Numbered from the stretch's first letter, positions 1 through 7,904 are shown. The stretch is DNA of 32,000 bases from Cereibacter sphaeroides 2.4.1 (GCF_000012905.2 NC_007493.2:1410001-1442000); one strand, 5' to 3'. Numbers and translations: made by a program. The notes: generated by a model from the letters alone, not told the origin.

Positions 1-6
1 GCCATC

Positions 7-36
7 TTGAAATTCAGCGCAGTTTCCGCATATACA
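7..36 (+). promoter_or_regulatory. Candidate sigma70-type promoter for brnT-brnA (TTGAAA-N18-TATACA)
   Basis: TTGAAA at 7-12 and TATACA at 31-36. The ATG at 44 has no Shine-Dalgarno sequence upstream (acaaaaactcATG), which suggests a leaderless or near-leaderless transcript. Confidence 0.3.
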
Positions 37-43
37 AAAACTC

Positions 44-292
44 ATGTTGGTGATTGTATGGGATGAGCCAAAGCGGCGCAGCAACCTGGCGAAGCATGGG
101 CTGGACTTCGCGGACCTAGACGAGGAGTTCTTCCTGTCGTCGGTTGTCGTGCCAGCAAGCGCAGGCCGTCACATGGCGATCGGGCGCCTTGAGGATGGAA
201 CCATTGCCGTGGTCTTCGCGGTTCTGGGGGCCGAGGGCGTTTCGATCATCTCTATGCGCCCTGCGAGCCGAAAGGAGAGGAGCCTTCTATGA
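44..292 (+). CDS. brnT: BrnT-family (DUF497) type II toxin, ribonuclease toxin
   Basis: 82 aa. N-terminal WDEPKRRSNLAKHGLDF and C-terminal ISMRPASRKERSLL are typical of BrnT/DUF497. Its stop overlaps the next ATG (ATGA at 289-292). Confidence 0.8.
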   Translation: MLVIVWDEPKRRSNLAKHGLDFADLDEEFFLSSVVVPASAGRHMAIGRLEDGTIAVVFAVLGAEGVSIISMRPASRKERSLL

Positions 293-594
293 CGAAGAAG
301 CGTCAACTCGACACGGAAGAGACCCGCATCCAGCGGATGATCGCGAGCGACCCGGATGCTCCCGAAGCGACCGACGCGCAGCTTGCGCAGGCCCGACCCT
401 TCACTGAGGCGTTTCCTGTGCTGGCCGAGGCCATGCGGCGCAGCGCAGGCGGTCGCCCGAAGCTGGACGCGCCGAAAATGTCGGTTTCACTTCGCCTCGA
501 TCAGGACGTGGTGGCGCACTTCAAGGCAGGCGGCCCCGGTTGGCAATCTCGGATGAACCGCGCCCTGCGGGAGGCGGTCGGCCTCTCCGGCTAG
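289..594 (+). CDS. brnA: BrnA-family (COG3514/DUF4415-like) antitoxin
   Basis: 101 aa. The C-terminal VSLRLDQDVVAHFKAGGPGWQSRMNRALREAV matches the BrnA ribbon-helix-helix tail. Translationally coupled to brnT. Confidence 0.75.
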   Translation: MTKKRQLDTEETRIQRMIASDPDAPEATDAQLAQARPFTEAFPVLAEAMRRSAGGRPKLDAPKMSVSLRLDQDVVAHFKAGGPGWQSRMNRALREAVGLSG

Positions 595-811
595 CGGCGC
601 GGCGAGGAAAAGGGGGGGGGGCGCGCGGCCAGAGAACCCCATTTCCGGGCCACCTGCGGGCGGTGACGTCTATGGCTGCCGGACACAGTGCTGCCGCGCG
701 CTTGTGCCCGTCCAGCGCCCGCTACTTGGCTCCTGCGGCATTAAGAGGTTTTCTTGCGGTCGGGCCGGCGTCATGGCATGTCGGAAACATTCCCGCACAT
801 AGGAGCCCCGC

Positions 812-1395
812 ATGAATGCCCGGACGCCCCTCGCCGCCCTTCTCGGTGCCGTCGCTGCAGACCTTGCAATTGATCGCAGCGCATGGGGCAGGGCCGCGCC
901 AGCCGCGGCCCCGGCTCCGACCGAGCCGCGGGAGACATGGACGCCCGGGTTGGTCATGCAGACGATGATCGACGCCCAGCTGTGGGCACGGCGGACAGGT
1001 CGCCCGGTGGGGCCGGCGGGCTACACGCGGTCTCGCTCGGATTACCAAGCAAGCGATCTGGACTTCGAGCGCGAGGGCTGGGGCCTGCCCGAGGTGGCCG
1101 ATCCTGAGACGACATTCCCCCGATGCGCGTCCAGGCCACGGCCGCCCTGGTCAGCCTCTATGAGGCCGCGCTCGAATGGCCTGCGGACTATCTTTGCCCG
1201 GAGCACATCGGCTCCGCCCGGATGCTCGGCCTGTTCACCGTGTGCAAGGCCATAGGCCTGCCCGTTGCGCGCGAGCTGAAGGCGCGTGGCGTAGCGCGTC
1301 ACCACGCCTACCGGCTCCGGGATCGCGGCCTCTCCCTCACCGCCCAGGGCCTCGAGCGGGACGGGGTGCCGGTGCCCCAGCCCGAGCGGCTGTAG
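812..1395 (+). pseudogene. DUF6362-like phage/island-associated protein, apparently split by a -1 frame change near 1108-1125
   Basis: The ORF at 812 has a good SD (AGGAG at about 800) and a protein-like N-terminal part up to ...GLPEVADPETT. It then turns into R/S/P-rich junk. The adjacent frame (open from 1108; listed ORF 1123-1395) reads a plausible HTH-like C-terminal part (ATAALVSLYEAALEWPADYL...HHAYRLRDRGLSLTAQGL) but has no SD of its own. A C5 run lies at 1117-1121. Confidence 0.45.
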
Positions 1396-1490
1396 AACCG
1401 CCTACGGGGCATCGCGCCGCGCAGTCTTCACCATTGAACGCCTCGCCACGATCGCGACCCACATAGCCAGCAGTTCGGCTTAACCGGGCG

Positions 1491-2303
1491 CTAAATGTGA
1501 GGGTTCTTCGGAACCCGAGGTTGCTGCAAGATATTCTCGACCACGCTCCAAGGCCAAACGATGCCAAGCTGAAGATCTTCCTTCACGTTAATCCTCCCAG
1601 AGTAAACGCCAACGATCTGTGCTGCACCGCGCTCAGCCACCACCGTATCGCCATCGCTGTTGATGTAAATTCCGCTATTAGCGACTTGGATAACCAAAGA
1701 ACCGGACATTCCTGGTCGCGAGGCGGTGTCTACATAGAAACACGGAGGACGGTGCACTTCTGCCAAAAGCGGCTCACTTGCAACGCTTGCGCGCTTCCAT
1801 ATGGGAAGTGGCTGAAACTTCAGCTTGAAGGGGAAGCCAATTATAAAAACTTCCGATCCCGTCCCGATATAGAAGCCTCGCATGACAGTGCCGTCACCAA
1901 GATCGTCATTAAGGCATGTGATCTGCAACCCATCCGGCAGCTGGCATGGAATTGCCACCACATCCACTTTCGCGTCCTCGTCTTTGTGCTCCAACCATTG
2001 TGGCTCACCATCTTCAGAATATAGTCGCACCGTATAGGGTGCGACGTCATACAGCTTGAACGGCGCCGTGCGGAAGTAGACCCTCAAGGCGTTCGGCACC
2101 GCCGCATTTTTCTCATCCAAGCAATTATTCGTCTCCCGATGCCTTCCGGTGACGTTATGCCAGTTCGTGATCAACATGCTGCCTCTGCTAACAGCAGGGT
2201 TCTCCATCCTAAGCAGGAAGCCGGTTCCGTGGCTCAGCACCTGCTCATTGAAGAGCATCTCAAGGTAGCAGACCTTTACCGACCAGCTATCGATACTGAC
2301 CAT
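1491..2303 (-). CDS. Trypsin-like (S1/Trypsin_2) serine protease, no signal peptide, low-GC gene
   Basis: 270 aa with catalytic-triad contexts TNWHNV (His), VDVVAI (Asp) and RPGMSGSLV (Ser). GGAGG SD upstream of the ATG at 2303. I counted 27/60 G+C in 1801-1860 versus 47/60 in flanking 1321-1380. Confidence 0.8.
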   Translation of the reverse strand: MVSIDSWSVKVCYLEMLFNEQVLSHGTGFLLRMENPAVSRGSMLITNWHNVTGRHRETNNCLDEKNAAVPNALRVYFRTAPFKLYDVAPYTVRLYSEDGEPQWLEHKDEDAKVDVVAIPCQLPDGLQITCLNDDLGDGTVMRGFYIGTGSEVFIIGFPFKLKFQPLPIWKRASVASEPLLAEVHRPPCFYVDTASRPGMSGSLVIQVANSGIYINSDGDTVVAERGAAQIVGVYSGRINVKEDLQLGIVWPWSVVENILQQPRVPKNPHI

Positions 2304-2611
2304 CTTGCCTCCGCATCAGGCTACGGCCCCCGTTCCGCCACTCTCAGCTTTACTAATCCCCTCGGGGGCGGGTGCACTTGCAAGATGAACTAACACGACG
2401 GGAAACAGCTGTGCGGTGTCATATCGCCGCGAGATGTTCCGCTTCGGCCAGGTCCGCGATCTCGCGCGACGACATGGTGAGCGGTTCGGGTGCAACCTTC
2501 ATCCCGCGCTCGACTTGGTACGGCTTCCGGCGGAGCAGGTTCTCGGCGATCTCGGCCAACGTCGGAGATAATCCGAAGGCAGTCGGACGAAATCCAACTA
2601 AGTAATTGGAA

Positions 2612-2627
2612 GTAAATAATTATTTAC
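2612..2627. promoter_or_regulatory. Perfect 16-bp AT-rich palindrome GTAAATAATTATTTAC, operator candidate
   Basis: Read directly. Self-complementary over all 16 positions. It lies in the divergent region between the protease-side module and the 2687 gene. Confidence 0.4.
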
Positions 2628-2686
2628 CTCTGCGCGTCGGTGTGCCATCATCCCGGCATCTGGAAGCCGTTGCATGGGAGCTGACA

Positions 2687-2980
2687 ATGACCGCCTTTGC
2701 CGACCTGATCGCCAACGTCCGAGCCGCGCAAGTTCCGCATTTCGCGGACCCCGCGGATGAGCCGGCGCTGGAAAAGCTCGAGGCCCGCCTCGCCGAAGCC
2801 TCGACCGCCGCAAACGCCATTCTCTCGCAGCCCGCGCGCACCGTGGCCGCGCTGCAGGCGAAGGCGGCGGCGCTCGCATGGGAGATCGACGGTGAGCCCC
2901 AAGACGGGTTTCCCATGGACGGCTTCCGGGCGGCGGCGCTTCGGAGCTTCCTCGCCGACGTTGCGGCGCTTCAACCCTGA
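2687..2980 (+). CDS. Hypothetical small helical protein (97 aa)
   Basis: ATG at 2687 preceded by GGGAG (2676-2680). Ala/Leu-rich, GC3-biased frame. I recognise no domain. The track ORF 2606-2980 is an N-terminal over-extension. Confidence 0.5.
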   Translation: MTAFADLIANVRAAQVPHFADPADEPALEKLEARLAEASTAANAILSQPARTVAALQAKAAALAWEIDGEPQDGFPMDGFRAAALRSFLADVAALQP

Positions 2981-3000
2981 CCGGCATCGCGGGTGCCCAT

Positions 3001-3040
3001 CCGCATCGCATAGGCCGGATGCGGCGGAGGATCCGCATCC
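3001..3040 (+). terminator. Candidate terminator with alternative hairpins (CCGCATC / GATGCGG / CCGCATCC)
   Basis: CCGCATC (3001-3007) pairs with GATGCGG (3018-3024). GGATGCGG (3017-3024) can alternatively pair with CCGCATCC (3033-3040). Starts 21 nt after the stop of the 2687-2980 gene. No U tract. Confidence 0.3.
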
Positions 3041-3265
3041 GAAGTTCAGGACAGGTTTGCGGAGCACATTCTACGCTCGCGCGTGCCCGACCAGACGCAA
3101 GAGGCGTCGCGAGCTTCGCGGATCTTCTTAAGAGGGCCGATTTGTGGCAAACCCGCCACAGGCGCAGGCCAACAAACCTGTTCTTCTTAGATGGTCAATG
3201 GTTTGGTAAGCAGCGCAGCCGGTGCAGCGGTTTTCCCCCACAGATCAGCAACTTAGATGAGAGGG

Positions 3266-3339
3266 TGGAGCGGGTGAAGGGAATCGAACCCTCGTCGTAA
3301 GCTTGGGAAGCTTCTGCTCTACCATTGAGCTACACCCGC
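3266..3339 (-). tRNA. tRNA-Gly (anticodon CCC), CCA encoded
   Basis: The reverse complement reads GCGGGTGTAGCTCAATGGTAGAGCAGAAGCTTCCCAAGCTTACGACGAGGGTTCGATTCCCTTCACCCGCTCCA. It folds as a cloverleaf: acceptor GCGGGTG/CACCCGC, D arm GCTC/GAGC, T loop TTCGATT, anticodon loop TTCCCAA. Confidence 0.9.
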
Positions 3340-3558
3340 GTCAGCCATCCACCTAAGCCAGCCAAGGCGCCTCGTCAAGCGGTTGGATGGGGCATTCCTC
3401 CGAGGCCTTCGGAGGCGGAGCCAGGCCGGAGCCGCCACGGGCGAGGAGGGGCGCCCTGCCGTGCCTGGGGCTCGGCAGCCGCCCGGGCGAGACCGAGGGA
3501 GGAGCATGGCGGCCGAGCAGCTCCATCCCGGCGGCCTCCCGCCTCTCCGCAGGGTATC

Positions 3559-3734
3559 GGAGTCTCCTGCCTTGTCCGAGAGACAGGCGACAGGCGCGCT
3601 GTGCATCTTTGCACAGGAGGTTGATCCGACCTCTGCGCCGTGCCTCCCATGTCCGGATGATGGGCAAGGCGCGCGCCGCGTATATCTTCGCGCAAGAGGT
3701 TCGCCGGACCTCTGTGCTGCACCTCCTTTGTCCG
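3559..3734. repeat. Tandem imperfect repeat, period 79 bp (two full units plus one partial), with conserved small hairpins and CTCC-N3-5-TGTCCG motif
   Basis: Units 3601-3655 and 3680-3734 match at 40/55 positions without gaps (my count). Both contain GAGGT-N7-ACCTC. A partial third copy of the 3' motif is at 3563-3578. Confidence 0.6.
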
Positions 3735-3819
3735 CGGCACGCGAGCCGAGCAGGCTGCGGCTGGCAGGGGGGCTGCCGCGGCGTTCCGGTCTTGGTTGGG
3801 AACAGCCGGGGCCGGCGGA

Positions 3820-5841
3820 TCAGCCTCTCCGGCGCCGGCGTTCGCTGCCGCCGCCGCTGTTGAAGGCGGGCTCGGGCAGGCTGACCAGCGCGCGCAGGCA
3901 GGGGAACGGGGCGGTCGCGTGGGGGATGGCGTTCGCCGCCACGAAATGCTCCTGGAAGCGCGGCTCGATGGCGGTCTCGACCTTGTGGATCCGGTGGACC
4001 AGCTCCTCGATCGCATCCCGCGCCGCGACCGAGGCGAGGGCGATCCGGGCGCCCGTGCCCGCGGCATTGCCGGCGGACAGCACCTTCTCGAGCGGCACGT
4101 CGGGGATCATGCCCAGCACCATCGCGTGCTTCGGGCTGATATGGGCGCCGAAGGCCCCGGCCAGAACCACGCGGTCGACCTTCTCGATGCCGATCTCGTC
4201 CATCAGAAGCTGCGCCCCCGCGTAGAGCGCGGACTTGGCCAGCTGGATGGCGCGGATGTCGCCCTGGGTCACGAGGATGCGCGGGCCGCCCGCGGCGCTG
4301 GCATCGTGGAGGAGATAGGAATGGGTGCGCCCGTCGGGCTCGCAGCGCGGGCTGCCGGTCTGCTCGGCCGATCCGATCAGGCCGCGCGCGTCGAGAAGCC
4401 CCGCCATCCGCATCTCGGCCACCGCCTCGATGATGCCCGAGCCGCAGATGCCGGTGATGGGTCCAGCGGCCTCGGCGAAGCCCGGATCGTCCGACCAGAG
4501 GTCGCAGCCGATCACGCGGAAGCGCGGCTCCTTGGTGGCGGCGTCGATCTCGACCCGCTCGATGGCTCCGGGCGCCGCGCGCTGACCCGACGAGATCTGC
4601 GCGCCCTCGAAGGCAGGGCCGGTGGGCGAGGAGCAGGCGAGCACCCGCGCCTCGTTGCCGAGCAGGATCTCGGCATTGGTGCCCACATCGACGATCAGCA
4701 CCATGTCCTTGGATTTCTGCGGCTCTTCGGCCAGAGCCACCGCGGCGCAGTCGGCCCCGACATGGCCCGCGATGCAGGGCAGGACATAGACCTGCGCCGC
4801 CGGGTTGACAGCTGACAACTCGAGGTCGCGGGCGTCGAGCGAGAGGCTCGAGCCGGTGGCGAGCGCGAAGGGCGCCTGACCGAGTTCCACGGGGTCGATG
4901 CCGAGCAGCAGATGGTGCATGACGGGATTGCAGACAAAGACCAGCTCGTAGATCGAGGCCGGATCGACGCCCGCCTCGGCCGCGATCTCGGCTGCGAGCC
5001 GGTCGATGGCCTCGCGCACGGCGCGGGTCATCTCGACATCGCCGCCTGGGTTCATCATCGCGTAGCTCACCCGGCTCATCAGATCCTCGCCGAAACGGAT
5101 CTGGGGGTTCATGAGGCCGCTCGAGGCGAGCACCCGTCCGTCGCGCAGGTCGCAGAGATGCGCCGCGATGGTGGTCGATCCGAGATCGATGGCCAGCCCG
5201 TGGATGGGGCCCTCGAAGAAGCCGGGCCAGAGATCGAGGATCCGCGGCGCGGCATCGTGATTGCCGCGGTGGAGCGCCACGGTGACCTTCCAGCCGCCCT
5301 TGCGCAGCGCGGGCTGGAGGCGGCGCAGGATCGAGAGGTCGGCCTCGACCCGCTCGACGCCCCACTGTTCACGCAGCGCGGCTTGCAGCCGCTCGAAATC
5401 GCCCGAGGGCTCGTGCATGTCGGGCTCGGCCACCTCGACGAGGAGGGTGCGGGTGGCGGGATCCATGGCGATCTCCCGCTCGGCGGCGGACTTGCGGATC
5501 ACCTGCTTGTGGACCTGGCTTTCGGGCGGCACGTCGATCACCACGTCCGACAGGATCTGCGCCTGACAGCCGAGCCGGCGGCCGTCGATCATGCCGCGCT
5601 TCGAGCGATACCTCTCCTCGACCGCGTTCCAGTCGGAAAGCGCGTCGCGCGCCACCGTCACCCCGTGCTTGGCGAACTCGCCGAAGCCGGGCTGGACCTG
5701 ACATTTCGAGCAGATCCCGCGCCCGCCACAGACCGAATCGAGATCCACGCCCAGCTGGCGCGCGGCGGTGAGGACCGGCGTTCCGACCGGAAAGCGGCCG
5801 CGCTTGCCCGAGGGGGTGAAGATGACCAGCGGATCGGACAT
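3820..5841 (-). CDS. RACo/RamA-like corrinoid reductive activase (N-terminal 2Fe-2S ferredoxin plus ASKHA ATPase domain)
   Basis: 673 aa. N-terminal CGGRGICSKCQV plant-type ferredoxin motif, then a long ASKHA-like region (LAIDLGSTT, VDVGTNAE, GICGSGIIE). Last gene of the minus-strand operon. Confidence 0.85.
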   Translation of the reverse strand: MSDPLVIFTPSGKRGRFPVGTPVLTAARQLGVDLDSVCGGRGICSKCQVQPGFGEFAKHGVTVARDALSDWNAVEERYRSKRGMIDGRRLGCQAQILSDVVIDVPPESQVHKQVIRKSAAEREIAMDPATRTLLVEVAEPDMHEPSGDFERLQAALREQWGVERVEADLSILRRLQPALRKGGWKVTVALHRGNHDAAPRILDLWPGFFEGPIHGLAIDLGSTTIAAHLCDLRDGRVLASSGLMNPQIRFGEDLMSRVSYAMMNPGGDVEMTRAVREAIDRLAAEIAAEAGVDPASIYELVFVCNPVMHHLLLGIDPVELGQAPFALATGSSLSLDARDLELSAVNPAAQVYVLPCIAGHVGADCAAVALAEEPQKSKDMVLIVDVGTNAEILLGNEARVLACSSPTGPAFEGAQISSGQRAAPGAIERVEIDAATKEPRFRVIGCDLWSDDPGFAEAAGPITGICGSGIIEAVAEMRMAGLLDARGLIGSAEQTGSPRCEPDGRTHSYLLHDASAAGGPRILVTQGDIRAIQLAKSALYAGAQLLMDEIGIEKVDRVVLAGAFGAHISPKHAMVLGMIPDVPLEKVLSAGNAAGTGARIALASVAARDAIEELVHRIHKVETAIEPRFQEHFVAANAIPHATAPFPCLRALVSLPEPAFNSGGGSERRRRRG

Positions 5842-5975
5842 GGGCGGGAACTCCGTCAGGAAGGGGCAGGCTCAGGCAGATATGCGACGGGGGAGCCGCT
5901 GGTGCCAGCCGCTCCCCCGCAGGATGTCGCGCGGATGCGCGGGAGCCGGGCAGGGCCGCCCGGTCCGAAGCCCCG

Positions 5976-6950
5976 TCAGGCGCGGGCGCGGCGACGGCCG
6001 CGGCCGCCGGCGGCGGCCTGCGCGGCGCAGGCCTCGGGGAAGGTGGCCCCTTCCTTGACCGCATCGAGGATGCGCGAGAAGCGGATCCATTCGCTGCCGT
6101 TCGGATCGTGGTTCATCAGCATGTTGGCGGCGCGGATCGCCTCCATCTCGACCGAGCGGACCGGGTTCATGATGGCCGAGGTCATGCCCGCGCCGATGGC
6201 CATGGGCAGGAAGGCCGCGTTGACCCCGTGCCGGTTCGGCAGGCCGAAGGAGACGTTCGAGGCGCCGCAGGTCGTGTTCACGCCGAGCTCGTCGCGCAGC
6301 CGGCGGACGAGGGCGAAGACCTGCTGGCCGGCCGAGGCCATGGCGCCGACCGGCATCACCAGCGGATCGACCACGATGTCATGCGCGGGAATGCCGAAAT
6401 CGGCCGCGCGCTCGACGATCTTCTTCGCCACGGCGAAGCGCACGTCGGGGTCCTGGCTGATGCCGGTGTCGTCGTTCGAGATCGCCACCACCGGCACGTT
6501 GTACTTCTTGACCAGCGGCAGGACGAGCTCCAGCCGCTCTTCCTCGCCCGTCACCGAGTTCAGCAGCGGCCGGCCCTCGCAGGCCGAGAGCCCCGCCTCG
6601 AGCGCGCCGGGCACCGAGCTGTCGATGCAGAGCGGCACGTCGGTGATGGCCTGAATGCGGGCCACGAGTTCCTTCATCAGCGGCGGCTCGACGAAGTTGT
6701 TGTCGGCGTAGCGCGGATCCTCGGCCATCTTGTTGGTGAAGACCGCCCCGGAGTTCACGTCGAGAACCGTGGCGCCGCAGGCGACCTGCTCGAGCGCGTC
6801 CTTCTCGACGGTCGAGAAATCGCCCGCCTCGAGTTCGGCCGCCAGCTTCTTGCGCCCCGTGGGGTTGATGCGCTCGCCGATCACGCAGAAGGGCTCGTCG
6901 AAGCCGATGACGACGGTTTTCGTTTTGGACTCGAGGACGGTACGGGTCAT
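5976..6950 (-). CDS. Methyltetrahydrofolate:corrinoid methyltransferase (pterin-binding domain, MetH-module/AcsE-MtrH-like)
   Basis: 324 aa with GERINPTG, CIDSS, NSV and GASNVSFGLP motifs of the pterin-binding (DHPS-like) barrel. Its start overlaps the metF stop (ATGA at 6947-6950). Confidence 0.85.
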   Translation of the reverse strand: MTRTVLESKTKTVVIGFDEPFCVIGERINPTGRKKLAAELEAGDFSTVEKDALEQVACGATVLDVNSGAVFTNKMAEDPRYADNNFVEPPLMKELVARIQAITDVPLCIDSSVPGALEAGLSACEGRPLLNSVTGEEERLELVLPLVKKYNVPVVAISNDDTGISQDPDVRFAVAKKIVERAADFGIPAHDIVVDPLVMPVGAMASAGQQVFALVRRLRDELGVNTTCGASNVSFGLPNRHGVNAAFLPMAIGAGMTSAIMNPVRSVEMEAIRAANMLMNHDPNGSEWIRFSRILDAVKEGATFPEACAAQAAAGGRGRRRARA

Positions 6951-7876
6951 GCTTCAACCTTTTCCATGTTGGCCGGGATGCCGGAGCGGCCGCCGTTCGC
7001 GGTCACCCACTCGGCGTTGGTCTTTATCCCGCCAAGCGGGAAGAAATGCACGGACTCGATGCCGAACATGTGGTTCTTGGCCTTGTGCGCCGCGATCCCG
7101 GTCACGAATTCGGTGGGCTCGTAGGGCAGGAGCAGTTTGGTCACATCCATGGCGCGCTTCTGAAGCACGCGCATCGAGGGGCCGACGCCGCAGGCCACGG
7201 CGAACTTGATCATGGTCTGAAGCTTGGCGGGGCCGGCGATGCCGATATGGATCGGAAGCGCGATGCCTTCGGCGGCCAGACGCTCGGCCCAGGCGATCAC
7301 CGGATCGGGCTCGAAGCAGAACTGGGTGGCGATGGCCATCTTCGCGTCGGTGCGCTCGGCGAAGGCCTGTTTCCAGCGCAGCGCCTCCATCACCATCCGG
7401 TCGGAGCCGTCGGGATCGATGTCCTTCGAGCCCTCGGGGTGGCCCGCCACATGCAGCCGCTCGAACCCGTCGAAGAGGCCGGTTTCGAGAAGCTGCATCG
7501 AGGAATGGAAGTCGCCCTGCGGGGCGCGCAGACCGCCGGCGAGGATGAGGCCCTGCTTCACGTCGGCCTCGCCGCGGTAGCGGGCGATCCAGTCGGCGAG
7601 CGTCGCGCGATCCTTGACGATGCGCGCGGGGAAGTGCGGCATCACCGGGAAACCCTCGGCGTTCAGGCGCTTCGCGGTCGCCACCATCTCCTCGATGGGC
7701 GTGCCGTCGATATGGGCGATATAGACCCGGGTGCCGCGGGGCAGGAGGTCGCGGAAGTCGGCGATCTTCTCGGCGGTGCGCGGCATCACCTCGATGGAAT
7801 AGCCCTTCAGCAGCGCCTCGACGGGGGCGAGAGCGGAGGGAGCGGCCGCCTCGCGGCGGAGTCGGAAAAGCGCCAT
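6947..7876 (-). CDS. metF: Methylenetetrahydrofolate reductase (MetF family)
   Basis: Start chosen at MALFRL (ATG 7876-7874), preceded by GGAGG. The 5'-extended track ORF to 8050 overlaps the upstream gene. The sequence (SIEVMPRT..., HVAGHPEG, QFCFE) is MetF-like. Confidence 0.8.
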   Translation of the reverse strand: MALFRLRREAAAPSALAPVEALLKGYSIEVMPRTAEKIADFRDLLPRGTRVYIAHIDGTPIEEMVATAKRLNAEGFPVMPHFPARIVKDRATLADWIARYRGEADVKQGLILAGGLRAPQGDFHSSMQLLETGLFDGFERLHVAGHPEGSKDIDPDGSDRMVMEALRWKQAFAERTDAKMAIATQFCFEPDPVIAWAERLAAEGIALPIHIGIAGPAKLQTMIKFAVACGVGPSMRVLQKRAMDVTKLLLPYEPTEFVTGIAAHKAKNHMFGIESVHFFPLGGIKTNAEWVTANGGRSGIPANMEKVEA

Positions 7877-7904
7877 GGCGGCCTCCTTCAGGCGGCGGGG
7901 CAGG

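Noticed and set aside
2372-2605. Plus-strand ORF of 77 aa (GTG start)
   Set aside because: Arg/Ser-rich, with no SD. The opposite strand shows the GC3-biased, protein-like frame instead.
3325-3863. Plus-strand ORFs 3325-3624 and 3387-3863, including an apparent repeated peptide IFAQEV
   Set aside because: The repeated peptide arises from the 79-bp DNA repeat read in two different frames (79 is not a multiple of 3). The ORFs overlap the tRNA and the 3' end of the RACo-like gene on the opposite strand and are low-complexity.
3353-5365. Long ORFs overlapping the RACo-like gene (3353-5365 minus 670 aa, 3383-4225, 3796-4815, 4912-6654 and similar)
   Set aside because: The translations are Arg/Pro/Gly/Ala-rich low-complexity strings typical of off-frame or antisense reading in GC-rich DNA. 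The 3820-5841 frame has clear domain motifs and explains the region.
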